Below the pieces are notes generated by a model, which was given only the letters and a program-made list of their open reading frames with translations, had not been told where the DNA came from and ran no database searches. Shown one piece after another: positions 40,024-51,597 of a DNA stretch of 64,000 nucleotides (positions are counted from its first letter, which is position 1; each line of letters begins with the position of its first letter). A program made the translations under genes and the position numbers. Location: positions 64,001-128,000 of the forward strand of contig CAWALK010000011.1 in the NCBI GenBank assembly GCA_963782915.1. The letters run 5' to 3'. Source of the DNA: an uncultured archaeon (GTDB lineage: Archaea > Thermoproteota > Bathyarchaeia > Bathyarchaeales > Bathycorpusculaceae).

Positions 40024-40353
40024 TTATATCCTTCTTATAGTTGTCTCTTTCTTCCTTGATTGAAGCTGTATTAGGATCGATTTGAGCTGCGCATCTGAAA
40101 GCGGAATAGGCAACTTGCCTGCCTGCGCCATTTCAATGAGCTGCATCTCGATGTTCTCGGTAAAGTCCTTCTTAACCATTTTAAGGTTATTTAGCCTTTG
40201 CCGAGCCTCAGGCGACAATATTTTTGCTAACAGCGCCTGTTTCTGATTTTCATACTGCTGTTCTGCTTGAGCTTGTCTTTGCTCGTCGCTTACGCGACCC
40301 TGCATCGAACGAAGTTTGCGATTGCGAATTTGCTCAAGCTCGTCATCTGACAT
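40024..40353 (-). CDS. PDCD5-like DNA-binding protein
   Basis: DDELEQIR…ILSPEARQRLNNLKMVK…LSDAQLKSIL. Confidence 0.92.
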   Translation of the reverse strand: MSDDELEQIRNRKLRSMQGRVSDEQRQAQAEQQYENQKQALLAKILSPEARQRLNNLKMVKKDFTENIEMQLIEMAQAGKLPIPLSDAQLKSILIQLQSRKKETTIRRI

Positions 40354-40359
40354 GGTTTC

Positions 40360-40824
40360 CTATTCGCCTTGATACTTCTTGAGCTCAGGGAGCGTCTTGT
40401 ACATTTCTTTAGCTAAGTCTCCGGCGACTTCCTGCATTAGTTTGCGGCCTTTTGGAGACATGACTCTGCCTTGTGGGCGCATGGTTTGGATTAAACCGGC
40501 AGTTTCTAGTTGCTGTAGAACTTTGCGTATGCCGCTGCCGCCTGCTTTTGTGGCATGGTTCTTTTTGACGCCGTTGTTTTTGCGTCCGCCGTAGTCGCTG
40601 CGGAGGTTTTCTAGGCCGATTGGGCCGTGAATGTATACTTTGCGCATAATTGATGCGCTTCTTGTGTACCACCAGTTTGGATTCTGGGGTTGCTTCTCGA
40701 CGTGAGTGCCTGTTTTAGCAAATGCGGCCCATGGAAGTGGTTGTACTTCGTCAACGTTTTCCCTAAGGTACTTTGCTAATCGGTCGATGAATTTTGAAGC
40801 TGGAACGTCATGAGGAGTCGTCAA
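40360..40824 (-). CDS. rps19e: 30S ribosomal protein S19e
   Basis: KTGTHVEKQP…WWYTRSASIMRK…YGGRK…IRKVLQQLE. Confidence 0.96.
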   Translation of the reverse strand: MTTPHDVPASKFIDRLAKYLRENVDEVQPLPWAAFAKTGTHVEKQPQNPNWWYTRSASIMRKVYIHGPIGLENLRSDYGGRKNNGVKKNHATKAGGSGIRKVLQQLETAGLIQTMRPQGRVMSPKGRKLMQEVAGDLAKEMYKTLPELKKYQGE

Positions 40825-41219
40825 AGATGCTCTATCCTATTAGTTTTTCCTTGCACTAAAACAATGAAGGGTAATATAAATATGTCTCTGAATGCAAAAG
40901 CAAACTTTAGTGCTCTCGGCGGTCATTAGCTCCCATATTTGCGGTGTCAACGGTTGTGCATTGAGCGGTTGCGGGTGGCTGCATCTGCATATTGAGGCAC
41001 TTATTTTATTGTGAATAGTTGCGGAGGTATTAAATGGTTTTCGTGGCGAGGTGTGACTGTTTTTCTTTATTGGTTGGTGCTGTGGGTCCCTCTTATTTCA
41101 ACAACAACCACGGACTTGTCGTTTTCTGTAATTCGAGTTGTTTGATAATAGTAGCAGCTACTTTGTGTTTACTGTTATTCCGTTTAGAAGTATTGGTAAA
41201 TTTTTGGGTAAGCGCTCTC

Positions 41220-41463
41220 AAGTTATTTTTTTCTTTTACCCAGATCCTGAACATTTTTTCCTTACCCTGCTTATAGCAACTAAGGTCTGGTGCAGTTACT
41301 TCTTCAACGGCTACATTTATTTCTCCGTAAATTTCCTTATACTGCTCAACCAGTTAGCAAAATGTACGCCTCCACCCACGTATTTCTTAACCCACCGCTC
41401 TCCATTTTCATCTAACTTTTCAATAACCAATTCTTCTGTCGGATTTTCACATGGTTCTGACAT
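41220..41463 (-). CDS. Small hypothetical protein (frameshift near 41335; 3' end uncertain)
   Basis: MSEPCENP…WVKKYVGGGVHFANWL, continuing in another frame as IYGEINVAVEEV…CYKQGKEKMFRIWVK. Confidence 0.45.
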
Positions 41464-41606
41464 AATCTCAAGCCTAAGGTGTCTTAGAATAAGAGATTTA
41501 TCCTCGCGGGATTGTAGTAAGGAACAGTTCAGTACCCATATCAGCAGTCGCATAACAGTTATTTTTAAGAGACCAAAACTGCATAGGGGTGATGCAGGGT
41601 AAAGTT

Positions 41607-41837
41607 ATGGTGTTTGAGGTGGCAGTATCGAAGAAGGGTCAAATAACTATTCCCGCAAGACTTCGCAAGAAATTCAAGATAGAAGAAGGAACACACTTAG
41701 AAGTCATTGAAACAGAGGAAGGAATTCTCTTTAAGCCCAAAAAATCCCTTTGGGACCTGATTGGGTCAGGGGCACCATACGCTACTGTCGAAGAGGTAAA
41801 GAAGGATTTAGATGAGATGCGGGCGGAAGATGTCTAA
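41607..41837 (+). CDS. AbrB/MazE/SpoVT-family antitoxin
   Basis: VSKKGQITIPARLRKKFKIEEG…GILFKP. Confidence 0.88.
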   Translation: MVFEVAVSKKGQITIPARLRKKFKIEEGTHLEVIETEEGILFKPKKSLWDLIGSGAPYATVEEVKKDLDEMRAEDV

Positions 41838-41955
41838 AAGAGTCTACGATAAACGCTTTCGTGCTGAGGCAACCAAGAGAGTGCTGGAAAAACTCGATAA
41901 CCCGCCTGATATGGGAACGATCAGAGAAGGGTTCTCAATAGAAGACATTTATTGA
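41830..41955 (+). pseudogene. Probable deleted PIN (VapC) toxin remnant
   Basis: 41-aa ORF overlapping the antitoxin stop: MSKRVYDKRF (PIN-like first strand with Asp), then an unrelated tail. Confidence 0.4.
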
Positions 41956-42038
41956 GATTACCTGAGTAAGGCTTGATTTTGTCTGGCAGTAATTTGCTTT
42001 TTGGAAAAAATAAAAAATGTGAGGATTTCTGTAAAAGC

Positions 42039-42674
42039 TTAGACTGGCGGTGGTGGAGGCGGCGGAAGCACCATCTGATCAGCACCAACAACAGTATTTG
42101 GGGCTGCGGGAGCAGGCATCACTATTTTTCGGTGATAGAATCTTGCGGCAATGCATAGCGCGGCAACTGCAATTGCAAGGTAGAAAGGCCAGCCTAAATA
42201 TGCAGAAACTGGAACGCTCACGTTTACGTTGACACCCATATTGGCCATCGCTTCGGGGAGTCCCATTGTGCCGGAACCGTTGAGTGGGAAATCCATGCCG
42301 GCTAAGTATCGAACGGAAAAGTACATGCCAAGCAACGCTATAACGAACATTATGACGGCGTAGAGGGGTTTTTTGTAGCCAAAACCGAGCAGTTGCTTCG
42401 AGTATGATTTTGTTGGATAGAGGGAGTAGGCGAGCATGATTATTCCGCCGGCAGCTAAAGTTAACAGCGAAGCGATGTTTAGGGCATAAATCAGGGGGAT
42501 TGTGAGGATGTTGCCGAATAGGGCGAAGTTGAAGTTTACAGGTGAAACGTTAACGCTGGCCATTGCGGGTTCGCCGACACTGAGTTGCCACCAGGGAACA
42601 AAAACTGAAATCGCAATTAACACCAGAGTTAGGATGCCTGCTACTAAGGCTAAGTGGTTGATTTGGCGTTGCAT
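42039..42674 (-). CDS. Four-TM membrane protein
   Basis: Hydrophobic segments, VPWWQL motif, proline-rich tail. Confidence 0.7.
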   Translation of the reverse strand: MQRQINHLALVAGILTLVLIAISVFVPWWQLSVGEPAMASVNVSPVNFNFALFGNILTIPLIYALNIASLLTLAAGGIIMLAYSLYPTKSYSKQLLGFGYKKPLYAVIMFVIALLGMYFSVRYLAGMDFPLNGSGTMGLPEAMANMGVNVNVSVPVSAYLGWPFYLAIAVAALCIAARFYHRKIVMPAPAAPNTVVGADQMVLPPPPPPPV

Positions 42675-42677
42675 GAA

Positions 42678-43292
42678 CTATTGCTCCAAAGTGAGGGGGA
42701 TGTCTCCGATGGTTATGGTGTCGGGGTAATCTACGGTTATGCCGTTTACGGCGATTGATGTGTTGATTAATTCGACGCTGATTGAGGTTGCGCCGGAGTA
42801 GTTTTGGATGAAGTAGTCTTCGGCGTTCTGTGTCCAGGAACCCACGATTGTGACTCTGGAGGTTTCGCCTGAAACCAGCGTGACGGGTTGGTTCAGGTTA
42901 ACTGTTACTAGTTGGTAGTGGTCAGAGGTGGTTCTGACTTGGGTTGTTAGGGTGTTTAATGTAAAGTTGTACTTGACGTTGTTTGTTATGTCTGCAACTA
43001 CGGTGAAGGTGTTGGCGTCGTTATCGATGGTGGCGCTTACAAAAGTTGGGACAATCAATTCATTAATGAAGGAGTCGTCGCCGCCATTTATGCTATAGTT
43101 TCCCTCGACACTGTAATCGCCGTTGACTTGGAAATTGCTGGTGTCACCGTTGATTATTTGGTTGATTTCTGGAGGTATGACGAGTTGTGTTAAGTCGTTT
43201 TGGTAGATTACAACTACTGCACCCACGGGTGCTGCAACTAATATGATGCTGAGTAATGTTAAGAGAACGCCAACTATTTGCATGTTAACCAA
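42678..43292 (-). CDS. Membrane-anchored hypothetical protein
   Basis: N-terminal TM, beta-rich N/T-rich ectodomain; co-oriented 3 bp from the next gene. Confidence 0.7.
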   Translation of the reverse strand: MVNMQIVGVLLTLLSIILVAAPVGAVVVIYQNDLTQLVIPPEINQIINGDTSNFQVNGDYSVEGNYSINGGDDSFINELIVPTFVSATIDNDANTFTVVADITNNVKYNFTLNTLTTQVRTTSDHYQLVTVNLNQPVTLVSGETSRVTIVGSWTQNAEDYFIQNYSGATSISVELINTSIAVNGITVDYPDTITIGDIPLTLEQ

Positions 43293-43465
43293 TCCTGAAT
43301 AGGTGTATGCGGGTAGTTTGGCTTAAGGTTTACTATTCATTTTCTGAGTGCCAAGTTTGCGCCGCCTTAAACCTAAAAGGGCAACCACTCAAAATACTAT
43401 AAAACATTTTAAAATAAGGAAAAATGGCTATCTACAAAAACCCAAAAGGGAAAACGGTAGAAAAA

Positions 43466-43801
43466 TTATGGCTGAGAAGGTTTTTGCTTCTCTTGCAACT
43501 GCTCAGGCAATGCTTCTGTCTTGCGTTTCCTAAACAGAATAAACACATGACCGCGAACCTCAACCAACGCTGACTCAGTTTCCTTTGCCGCTTTAGCCGC
43601 AATAGCTTCAGCTGTATTCAACTCCACCAGCGCAGCCGGCAATATCCTAACCTTTACCATCTTGTTTTTCTGAAGCTGCTTCTCAATCTCACCTAAAGAT
43701 TGAGTTGTTAAGCCGTCTTTACCAACCCAAATTGTAGGGTTCTCATCTTTCATGACGTGCCTAACGTGGCGCTTCATTCGTGTAGTTATCTTGATACTCA
43801 A
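43466..43801 (-). CDS. yhbY: YhbY/CRM RNA-binding protein
   Basis: PTIWVGKDGLT…MVKVRIL…VEVRGHVFILFR. Confidence 0.9.
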   Translation of the reverse strand: MSIKITTRMKRHVRHVMKDENPTIWVGKDGLTTQSLGEIEKQLQKNKMVKVRILPAALVELNTAEAIAAKAAKETESALVEVRGHVFILFRKRKTEALPEQLQEKQKPSQP

Positions 43802-44123
43802 TTGTATTTTGCACCTTTTTCTTTAACATATAACGGGTTTGTTTTCCGCAGTTTAAACATGTTACTGTGACGTGAGGCTCCCTTTTCTGTTTTACCCTAA
43901 CACGGCAGTTAACTCCATGCACAAACAGCACATTGCAGTCCTTGCAGGTTTCGCGTCGAAACTCGATGGGCAAACGGATTTTAGCTGCCATAGCAATACG
44001 CCGTGCAGACCCAATATATTCCGCGGCCAACTTGGGATTAGCTTTAACCACCAATTTGGCTTGCTCAAAGAGTATCTCTATGCGTTGCTTAGCAATCTGC
44101 TTAATGCTGGTCTGTTTCATCAT
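43761..44123 (-). CDS. rnp4: RNase P protein component 4 (Rpp21)
   Basis: IAKQRIEILF…CKDC…CRVR…TCLNCG…RY. Confidence 0.92.
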   Translation of the reverse strand: MMKQTSIKQIAKQRIEILFEQAKLVVKANPKLAAEYIGSARRIAMAAKIRLPIEFRRETCKDCNVLFVHGVNCRVRVKQKREPHVTVTCLNCGKQTRYMLKKKVQNTIEYQDNYTNEAPR

Positions 44124-44174
44124 TGTTTAAACAATGCAAAAAGATGGGTTCGCTTACATAATACTTGCGCTCAA

Positions 44175-45075
44175 CTACGCCTGTTTTTGCGACAACTCAT
44201 CTTTTAACCGCAGAAGCGCCCTATCTAAGGTGAGCGGTTTGCAGTTTAGAGTTCGCTGAGCCAGTGAAGTATCAAGCGAGGAATCCATCGGGCGCTTAGC
44301 GGGCAAGGTGAACTGGGCAGATGTGACCTTATCAATCAAACTCTTATCTAAGTCAAATGCGTCAGCGATTTTGGTTGCAAACTCAAAACGGCTAACCCGA
44401 GTAGCACCACAAGTATGGTAAACACCAGTTCAAGCGGCGCTCAATAACTTCCAAGGTCATCTCAGCCAAATTAGTATTCAACGTAGGCGTATTCCATTGG
44501 TCCGTAATGATTTTAACGCGTTCGCCCTTGCGCAGGGTTTCGATTAGCCAGAGAGCAAAATTTACTTTCCCAGCCGCAGGAGTCGAACCATAAATCACGC
44601 TGGGCCGACCGATGAAAAAATCCGATTCAGCCATGTTCTGCATAACGACTGTTTCAGCTTCGAGCTTTGTGATTCCATAGTAGTTGATGGGTTCAGGCGA
44701 GTCTGATTCTACATAGCAGCCTTTTTCGCCGCTAAACACGTAATCGGTTGAAATGTAAACAAGAAATGACCCCGCATTTTTTGAGGCTTCAACGATGTTT
44801 TTTGTGCCCTCAACGTTAACTCTCCAAGCAAGCTCTTTGTTCATCTCACATTTATCCACATCTGTGAGAGTCGCCGCATGAACCACAACATCGGGTTTTA
44901 TTGTGCGGAATGCTTCGTCAACCTGTGCTTTACCGGCAATATCCAATTTAACAAAGTTGCCATAAATCGATAAGCCTTGGATGTCGGAAGAGTAAACCTC
45001 GATGCCCCTATCTAACGCATATTTGGCAAGCTTTGACCCATAAAGGCCACTTGCACCCGTGATGAGAAGCTTCAA
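44175..45075 (-). CDS. rfbD: dTDP-4-dehydrorhamnose reductase (frameshift near 44430)
   Basis: ITGASGLYG, TDVDKCE, ISTDYVFSG, YGITK; tail read by hand AKRPMDSSLD. Confidence 0.92.
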
Positions 45076-46076
45076 TGAGTACCCAACTTCCAAGGTGTAG
45101 GATGCAAAATCACGTCAGTCGCAAAGGGCGTCCACCAATGCTCATTATTTAGATACCACTGCACCGTTGACTCCAATGCCTCTTCGAAGCTGGCTTTAGG
45201 AGCCCAACCCAACTCACTACGCAACTTAGTTGAATCTAAACTGTAGCGGGTATCATGCCCCGGCCTGTCCTCAACAAACGTAATCAAATCCTCAGGCTTC
45301 TTCAGTAATCCAATGATTTTTTTAACGATATCTATGTTAGTTTTTTCGTTGCCTGCTGAGACATTATAGATTTCGCCGGGTTTGCCCTTCTCAAGCACGG
45401 TATGTATTGCTTCACAGTGGTCGGCAACGTATATCCAGTCACGGATGTTTGTGCCTTTGCCATAGATGGGAATGGGCAAATCACGCAGGCCACGAATAAC
45501 AGTTTTAGGAATTAGTTTTTCAGGAAGTTGATAGGGCCCAAAATTGTTAGTGCAGCGGGTAATGGAGACGTTTAATCCAAACGTTCTGTGGTAGGATAAC
45601 ACGAACATGTCGGCTGCTGCTTTAGATGCAGAGTAAGGATTAGATGGTCTAGGGGGGGTTTCTTCTGTAAAGGAGCCTTCTATTGCTTCGCCGTAGACTT
45701 CGTCGGTGGAAACCTGCAAGAGGCGGGCTTTGTGGTTGTGTCTGCGTATGGCTTCTAGAATTGTGAAGGTGCCCAAGGTGTTGTTCTGCAGAAACACGTT
45801 AGGGTCGGCGATGCTTCGATCCACATGTGTTTCTGCGGCTATGTTTACGACTGCATCCACTTGATGAATCAGCCTGTTCATCAGTTGGGGGTTGCAGATG
45901 TCGCCTTTGATGAAGGTATAGCGTTTATCATTCTCAATATCATGCAGATTAGCCGGGTTAGCACCAATGCCTACTTTGTCAACGTTAATCAATTCATAGT
46001 CAGGGTGCTTTGCAAGAATAAACCTGCAAAAGTTGCTTCCGATGAAACCTAAACCGCCAGTAACTAACACTTTCAT
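45072..46076 (-). CDS. rfbB: dTDP-glucose 4,6-dehydratase
   Basis: GGLGFIGSNF, AAETHVDRSI, STDEVYG, YSASK, DRPGHD. Confidence 0.95.
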   Translation of the reverse strand: MKVLVTGGLGFIGSNFCRFILAKHPDYELINVDKVGIGANPANLHDIENDKRYTFIKGDICNPQLMNRLIHQVDAVVNIAAETHVDRSIADPNVFLQNNTLGTFTILEAIRRHNHKARLLQVSTDEVYGEAIEGSFTEETPPRPSNPYSASKAAADMFVLSYHRTFGLNVSITRCTNNFGPYQLPEKLIPKTVIRGLRDLPIPIYGKGTNIRDWIYVADHCEAIHTVLEKGKPGEIYNVSAGNEKTNIDIVKKIIGLLKKPEDLITFVEDRPGHDTRYSLDSTKLRSELGWAPKASFEEALESTVQWYLNNEHWWTPFATDVILHPTPWKLGTH

Positions 46077-46086
46077 ACTTTATCAC

Positions 46087-46594
46087 TCATTTATGGGGTG
46101 GATAATTCCAATCCCAAACTTGATTAATACGCCAATCATTTTTTCTGCCATTAATTATTCGTGGAATGAGTGTTGGATCATCCCATGCACGACGTTCCTC
46201 ATCAGGGTCCTCTGGGTTATAGAGGTTTGTTGTGAAATATAAGCAGCATCGCAGGTTCGTTGCCTACTGCTTTGAATCCATGCCAGTAATGCCCAGGCAT
46301 GCGTACGACCTGCAAATCTGAACCACTAGAAACCACTTCATTTAGTTCAGCGGTTCTATCGTCGAATGCACAGATTTTAATCGTGCCCTTAAGGGCTAAG
46401 AAATAATCCACTTGTCCCCGAAGGTGACGATGCCAAGCGCGGATAACATCAGGATAAGTAAACGAATGATTAGCCTGCGCAATCTTGTCTTCTCCAAAGA
46501 GGTCCATCCAGTCAGTACGCATGACTTCACAGAAGAAGCCTCTATCGTCGACAAAACGTTTTATCGGTTTAACTTTTATTCCATCCAACATCAA
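46087..46594 (-). CDS. rfbC: dTDP-4-dehydrorhamnose 3,5-epimerase (frameshift near 46240)
   Basis: DDRGFFCE, IRAWHRH, WHGF; tail YNPEDPDEERRAWDD. Confidence 0.9.
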
Positions 46595-46654
46595 GTTATC
46601 CTGCCTGCTGTCAAATATTATTTAAAATATTTATAATATTCCCCAATTTAGCTC

Positions 46655-47713
46655 TTATACTTCAAGCTCCGAGTAATCGCCAACATGCAACTTTATAGTT
46701 CTGTTGCGTGGGTTACGGGATACCTTAGCGTTTTTGCCGATTAAACTATCCTCAAGCCGCTCAATATCCTTAATTGTAACGCAGTCTTGAACAACGCAGT
46801 ATTCAATGTTGGAGTTGCAGACTTTGGAGCCATTTCCAATGCTTGTATAGGGTCCAACAAAGGAGTTCTCAATCAAGACATTCTTGCCAATCACACATGG
46901 ACCTCTAATGGTGCTGTTTATGATTTGTGCTTCAGCCTCCACTTTAACTCGTCCATCCAATGTGCTGTTAGTAACCGTGCCTTTAACATCATATTGAATG
47001 TATTCGTCAAGGATTCTGGCGTTGGCAGATAGGATGTCGTCTTTTTTGCCTGTATCCAGCCACCAGGAGTTGAGGATTTCAGCTTTAACAGTGAAGCCCA
47101 TGTTAATCATTTCTTGGATTGCATCGGTTATTTCAAGTTCTCCACGCCAGGAGGGCTTAATTCGCTCGATAGCCTCATGAACTTTGTTAGAGAACAAATA
47201 TGTGCCGATTATAGCGAGGTTACCCATGGGTGTCTTTGGCTTCTCTACAAGCCGTATGATGTTGCCTTTTTCATCAAGCTGAGCAATACCAAAGGCGGAT
47301 GGATTATCAACCTCTTTTAGGATAATAAGCGCATCAAGATGCTCATTTTCAAACTTCTTAACAAACGCGTCAAGTCCTTGGCCGACCACGTTGTCGCCTA
47401 AACACATAACAAAAGAATCTTGCCCCAAAAACTTTTTAGCAGTTTTAACTGCATGCGCCAAACCCAATGGTTCCTGGGGAATATAACAAACATTCATGTT
47501 CCAATTTGAACCGTCGCCGACATATTCTTCGACGAAGTGTCCTGTCTCATGAGCGGTTATGATACCTACATTTTTTATGGTTGTTGCTGCGACTTGGTCT
47601 AGAACGTATCCTAGGACGGGTTTGTTTGCTACTGGTATGAGTTGTTTTGCGCAGGTGAAAGTTAAGGGTCTTAGCCGTGTTCCTTTACCGCCGCTGAGTA
47701 CAAGCGCTTTCAT
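46655..47713 (-). CDS. rfbA: Glucose-1-phosphate thymidylyltransferase (long form)
   Basis: LSGGKGTRLRPLT…KQLIPVANKP, EKP, RGELEITD, WWLDTG, hexapeptide-repeat tail. Confidence 0.95.
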   Translation of the reverse strand: MKALVLSGGKGTRLRPLTFTCAKQLIPVANKPVLGYVLDQVAATTIKNVGIITAHETGHFVEEYVGDGSNWNMNVCYIPQEPLGLAHAVKTAKKFLGQDSFVMCLGDNVVGQGLDAFVKKFENEHLDALIILKEVDNPSAFGIAQLDEKGNIIRLVEKPKTPMGNLAIIGTYLFSNKVHEAIERIKPSWRGELEITDAIQEMINMGFTVKAEILNSWWLDTGKKDDILSANARILDEYIQYDVKGTVTNSTLDGRVKVEAEAQIINSTIRGPCVIGKNVLIENSFVGPYTSIGNGSKVCNSNIEYCVVQDCVTIKDIERLEDSLIGKNAKVSRNPRNRTIKLHVGDYSELEV

Positions 47714-47874
47714 AGTTATCCCATACTTTAGTGGTAGTGACTTAGTATTATCGTTTATCCCACGCGTAGAATGTTAGTGAATAATTGTTGTAGCGTAACT
47801 ACAGTCACATAATTGTATTAACTCTTCAAACAATAACTTTTGTCATGCGCTCCCCCGCCATTAAAGGTGAGATT

Positions 47875-48060
47875 ATGAAAAAAACCTTTTTTATGCCTAG
47901 TTTAGCAAACAGAAAAGGGAAATGCAAATTCACCCGATCATGCGGTCTATACTCAAACGCAAGTTATACCTGCACGCATACGGGTGGAAGTTACTGCGGT
48001 AAATACAGAAAACTCAGTCGACAAATTGAGACCGAATGCGAAGTCAAACAAGACCTTTGA
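47875..48060 (+). CDS. Small Cys-rich protein
   Basis: GGTGA SD before the ATG; C-x5-C-x9-C-x6-C pattern (CKFTRSCGLYSNASYTCTHTGGSYCGKY). Confidence 0.55.
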   Translation: MKKTFFMPSLANRKGKCKFTRSCGLYSNASYTCTHTGGSYCGKYRKLSRQIETECEVKQDL

Positions 48061-48109
48061 TAGAAATTCCCATATAACTTATGTTTTAACTTTTTTTCGA
48101 TTCATTTTG

Positions 48110-49688
48110 TTATTTAGATTTAGGCATTAATTTCTCAAGCAAGTTAAGAATAGCAGTTAAGGGTTTACGTAATGGACCTAGGCCGCCTACAATCTCGCGT
48201 ACATTGGCTAAGTCGTTTCTGTTTATGGTTCTTGTAACTATTATTGCAAGCAAGAATATGATTACAAATGCAACTACGCCGATGATTAAGCGTATTGGGC
48301 TGCTAAATGGCACCCAAGATACGACAAGATACGTTAAAACGCCGGCTATTGCTGAGGAGATTAAGATTTTTGCGGATGCAACCCAATCCAGTGATACGCC
48401 ATAGCGTTTCTTTATGAAGGCTATGCTCCATAGTAAACTTGGGACGCCGACAATTATTGTTGTGACGATTAATCCTATGATGCCGAATTGTGAAGTTAGG
48501 ATAAAGCTTAAGGGAAAGCCTATGGCGACAGGTTAGGATGGCGAGTTTTAGGTTGAATTTTGTGTCTCCTTGACTGTTGATTAGGTTGCCAGTGCTGAGG
48601 TTTCCGAGGGCTGAGAATAAGTAAGTAATCGATAGTAAGGCAAGGAATAGTGGTGCTTGGGTGTAATCGGTCTTTGAATATGGTGCTGATTGCTGGTTGA
48701 GCTAGCGCCATGATCATTACTGAGACGGGTACGACTAAGAGCGCTGCGTACTTGACTGAGTATTGGAAAACGCTTTTGAGGACTGGTTGCGTCTTTTCGG
48801 TAATCGAGTTTTGAGAAGGCTGGTAGCAGCATTGTTGTTACGGGTGTGGCGAAGAATGTTATGAGGACTACGAAGTTTGTGGCGACTGAGTAGTTGCCGA
48901 TTATGCTGTTTTCGGTGATAAAGATTGCCATGATGTAGCCGTAGAATTGGGTTAGAAAGCCGGTTATGATGGCGCCGATGGATATGGGTAAGCCGTATTT
49001 TAGCATGGTTTTTATGGTTTTTATTATTGGGAGTTTGCCGTCTGTGGATTTTGGTAGGGATCGGTACATTGTGTATACGAGTAGGATGCCGGTTATGCCT
49101 GCTACTATGAGGGCGATGGAGAATCCGGTTACTGCGCCTAGGGTTCCTAAGCCTAGTAAGTACGAGGCCGATTATTAGGCCTGTTTTTACTATGGATTGG
49201 ATTATGAGCATGATGCTGTTTAGGTGCATTCTTTCTAGGCCTGTGAAGGCGGCGGATGCAGTGTTGACGAGTGCGCCTGTTAGTATGAATAGGGATGTTA
49301 TTTGGATGAGTTGGGCTATTTCTGGGCGTTGGAAGATGTCTGCTAGGAAGCCGGAGATGGCTATGGAGAAGAGGGTTAGGGCGAGTCCGAGGATTAGTTC
49401 GAAGGCTAAGCCGGAGACGAGTATGCTTCTGATTTTTTCTGTGTCGTTTTGGTGGTTGTATTGGGCGCTGTATTTGACCATGGCTGTGGTGATGCCCCAG
49501 TCTCTGAAGGTGGCGATGAGGTTGGGTGCGCCTATGGCGATTGTGTAGAGGCCCATGTTGTCTGCGCCTAGGAATATTGCGATGAGGATGGTGCCGATGG
49601 ATGAGATGACTGTGGATAGGACGAGTCCCCAGAGTAGGTGGAAGCCGCCTTTTGCTGATACTTTGGCCATTTCGGATGCGTTTGCCAT
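48110..49688 (-). CDS. Oligosaccharide flippase (Wzx/MATE-like), several frameshifts
   Basis: AKGGFHLLWG…DWGITTAMVKY…IGNYSVA…LLPAFSKL; multi-TM pieces in successive frames; adjacent to rfb genes. Confidence 0.85.
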
Positions 49689-49804
49689 GGTCTTTCTTCT
49701 TTGTTGTTTTATTTGTTGGTGGTGTGGTGGTGTTTATCGGTTGTGGTTTGGGTGTGTTGTTTGGTGGGTGTGGGGGGTCGGTTAGGTTTTGGGGTGTGGT
49801 TTTT

Positions 49805-49975
49805 GTTTTGTGTGGTTGTGGGTGGCGTAGGTTTCTGCAGTTTGGGTTGTGTTTTGGGTTGCTTTTTTGGTTTGGGGCTTTTTTGTTTGGTTATTTGGTT
49901 GTGGGAGGCATTATTTTTTGCCACAAGTATGTTGGTTTGGTTGTGTGTGGTTGTGGGTGTATGTTGGGTTTGTTA
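49805..49975 (-). repeat. ~170-bp C/A-rich non-coding repeat, copy B (inverted)
   Basis: Reverse complement aligns with 38980-39150. Confidence 0.8.
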
Positions 49976-50062
49976 TTTTTGGGTGTAGAGTATTTGGCGG
50001 TTGGACTTGGTTTGCTCTAATTGTGGGCTAAATAGTAGTGGGGTAAATGGAAAGTAGGTGAG

Positions 50063-50900
<838 letters not shown>

Positions 50901-51091
50901 AAAAAAAGAAGTAATACCATATTCGAAATAAAATCCATCAAGCACATGAGGATTTAGGGCTAATAAAAAAATAGCGCCCGCCATCACCGCTTTAACTCTA
51001 AAAGGCGTTGAATAGTTTGCAAAGGTTTTCGCTTGTTCGATAGTTGCCGTTTGTGAGTGTTTGTCGGAAAAAAAAGCAGTATATTCTGTTT

Positions 51092-51597
51092 TTATTCCAT
51101 GTTGATATTGCCGTTATCATCTATTCGGGCTACTTCCCAAGTGTATTTGTAAGTAGTCAACTGCTTTTTTGATTTGTTTTCTGATTGGAGAGAGCGTTGC
51201 GCATTGTTCTCTGGCTAAGAGAAGTATCTCGCTGATTTCCTCTTCGTTTGCCATACCGTTGAATGCGATGAAGTCAATTGGATTGAAAATAGGTTTGATG
51301 TCGAAGGGATTGATTTTTAGCTTCTTTAGCGAGGGGCATATTACTTTGTAGAATGCCCTTTCAGCTTCTTTACGGCCTTTTTCTACAGCTTCTTGCCTTA
51401 GTTTCTGTGCTTTTTCTTGAAACTCTTTTTCCTTGGCGGCTAGTTTTTTGTGATTCATTGTCGTATTCGTCGAGCCAAGTTTTTTCGGCTTTAGCTTTTG
51501 ATTTTAAGCGTAAGTCTGAGACTCTTTTTATTTCGCCGCAACAGGGGCAAATTACGAGTACTTTTCTGAAGAGTTGGTATTCTTCAAAGGCGCTCAT
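51092..51597 (-). CDS. Holliday-junction-resolvase-like (Endonuc_Holl) protein, catalytically degenerate; frameshifts
   Basis: CPCC zinc knuckle, coiled coil, IFNPIDFIAFNG, but ILLLARE where ExK is expected. Confidence 0.7.
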
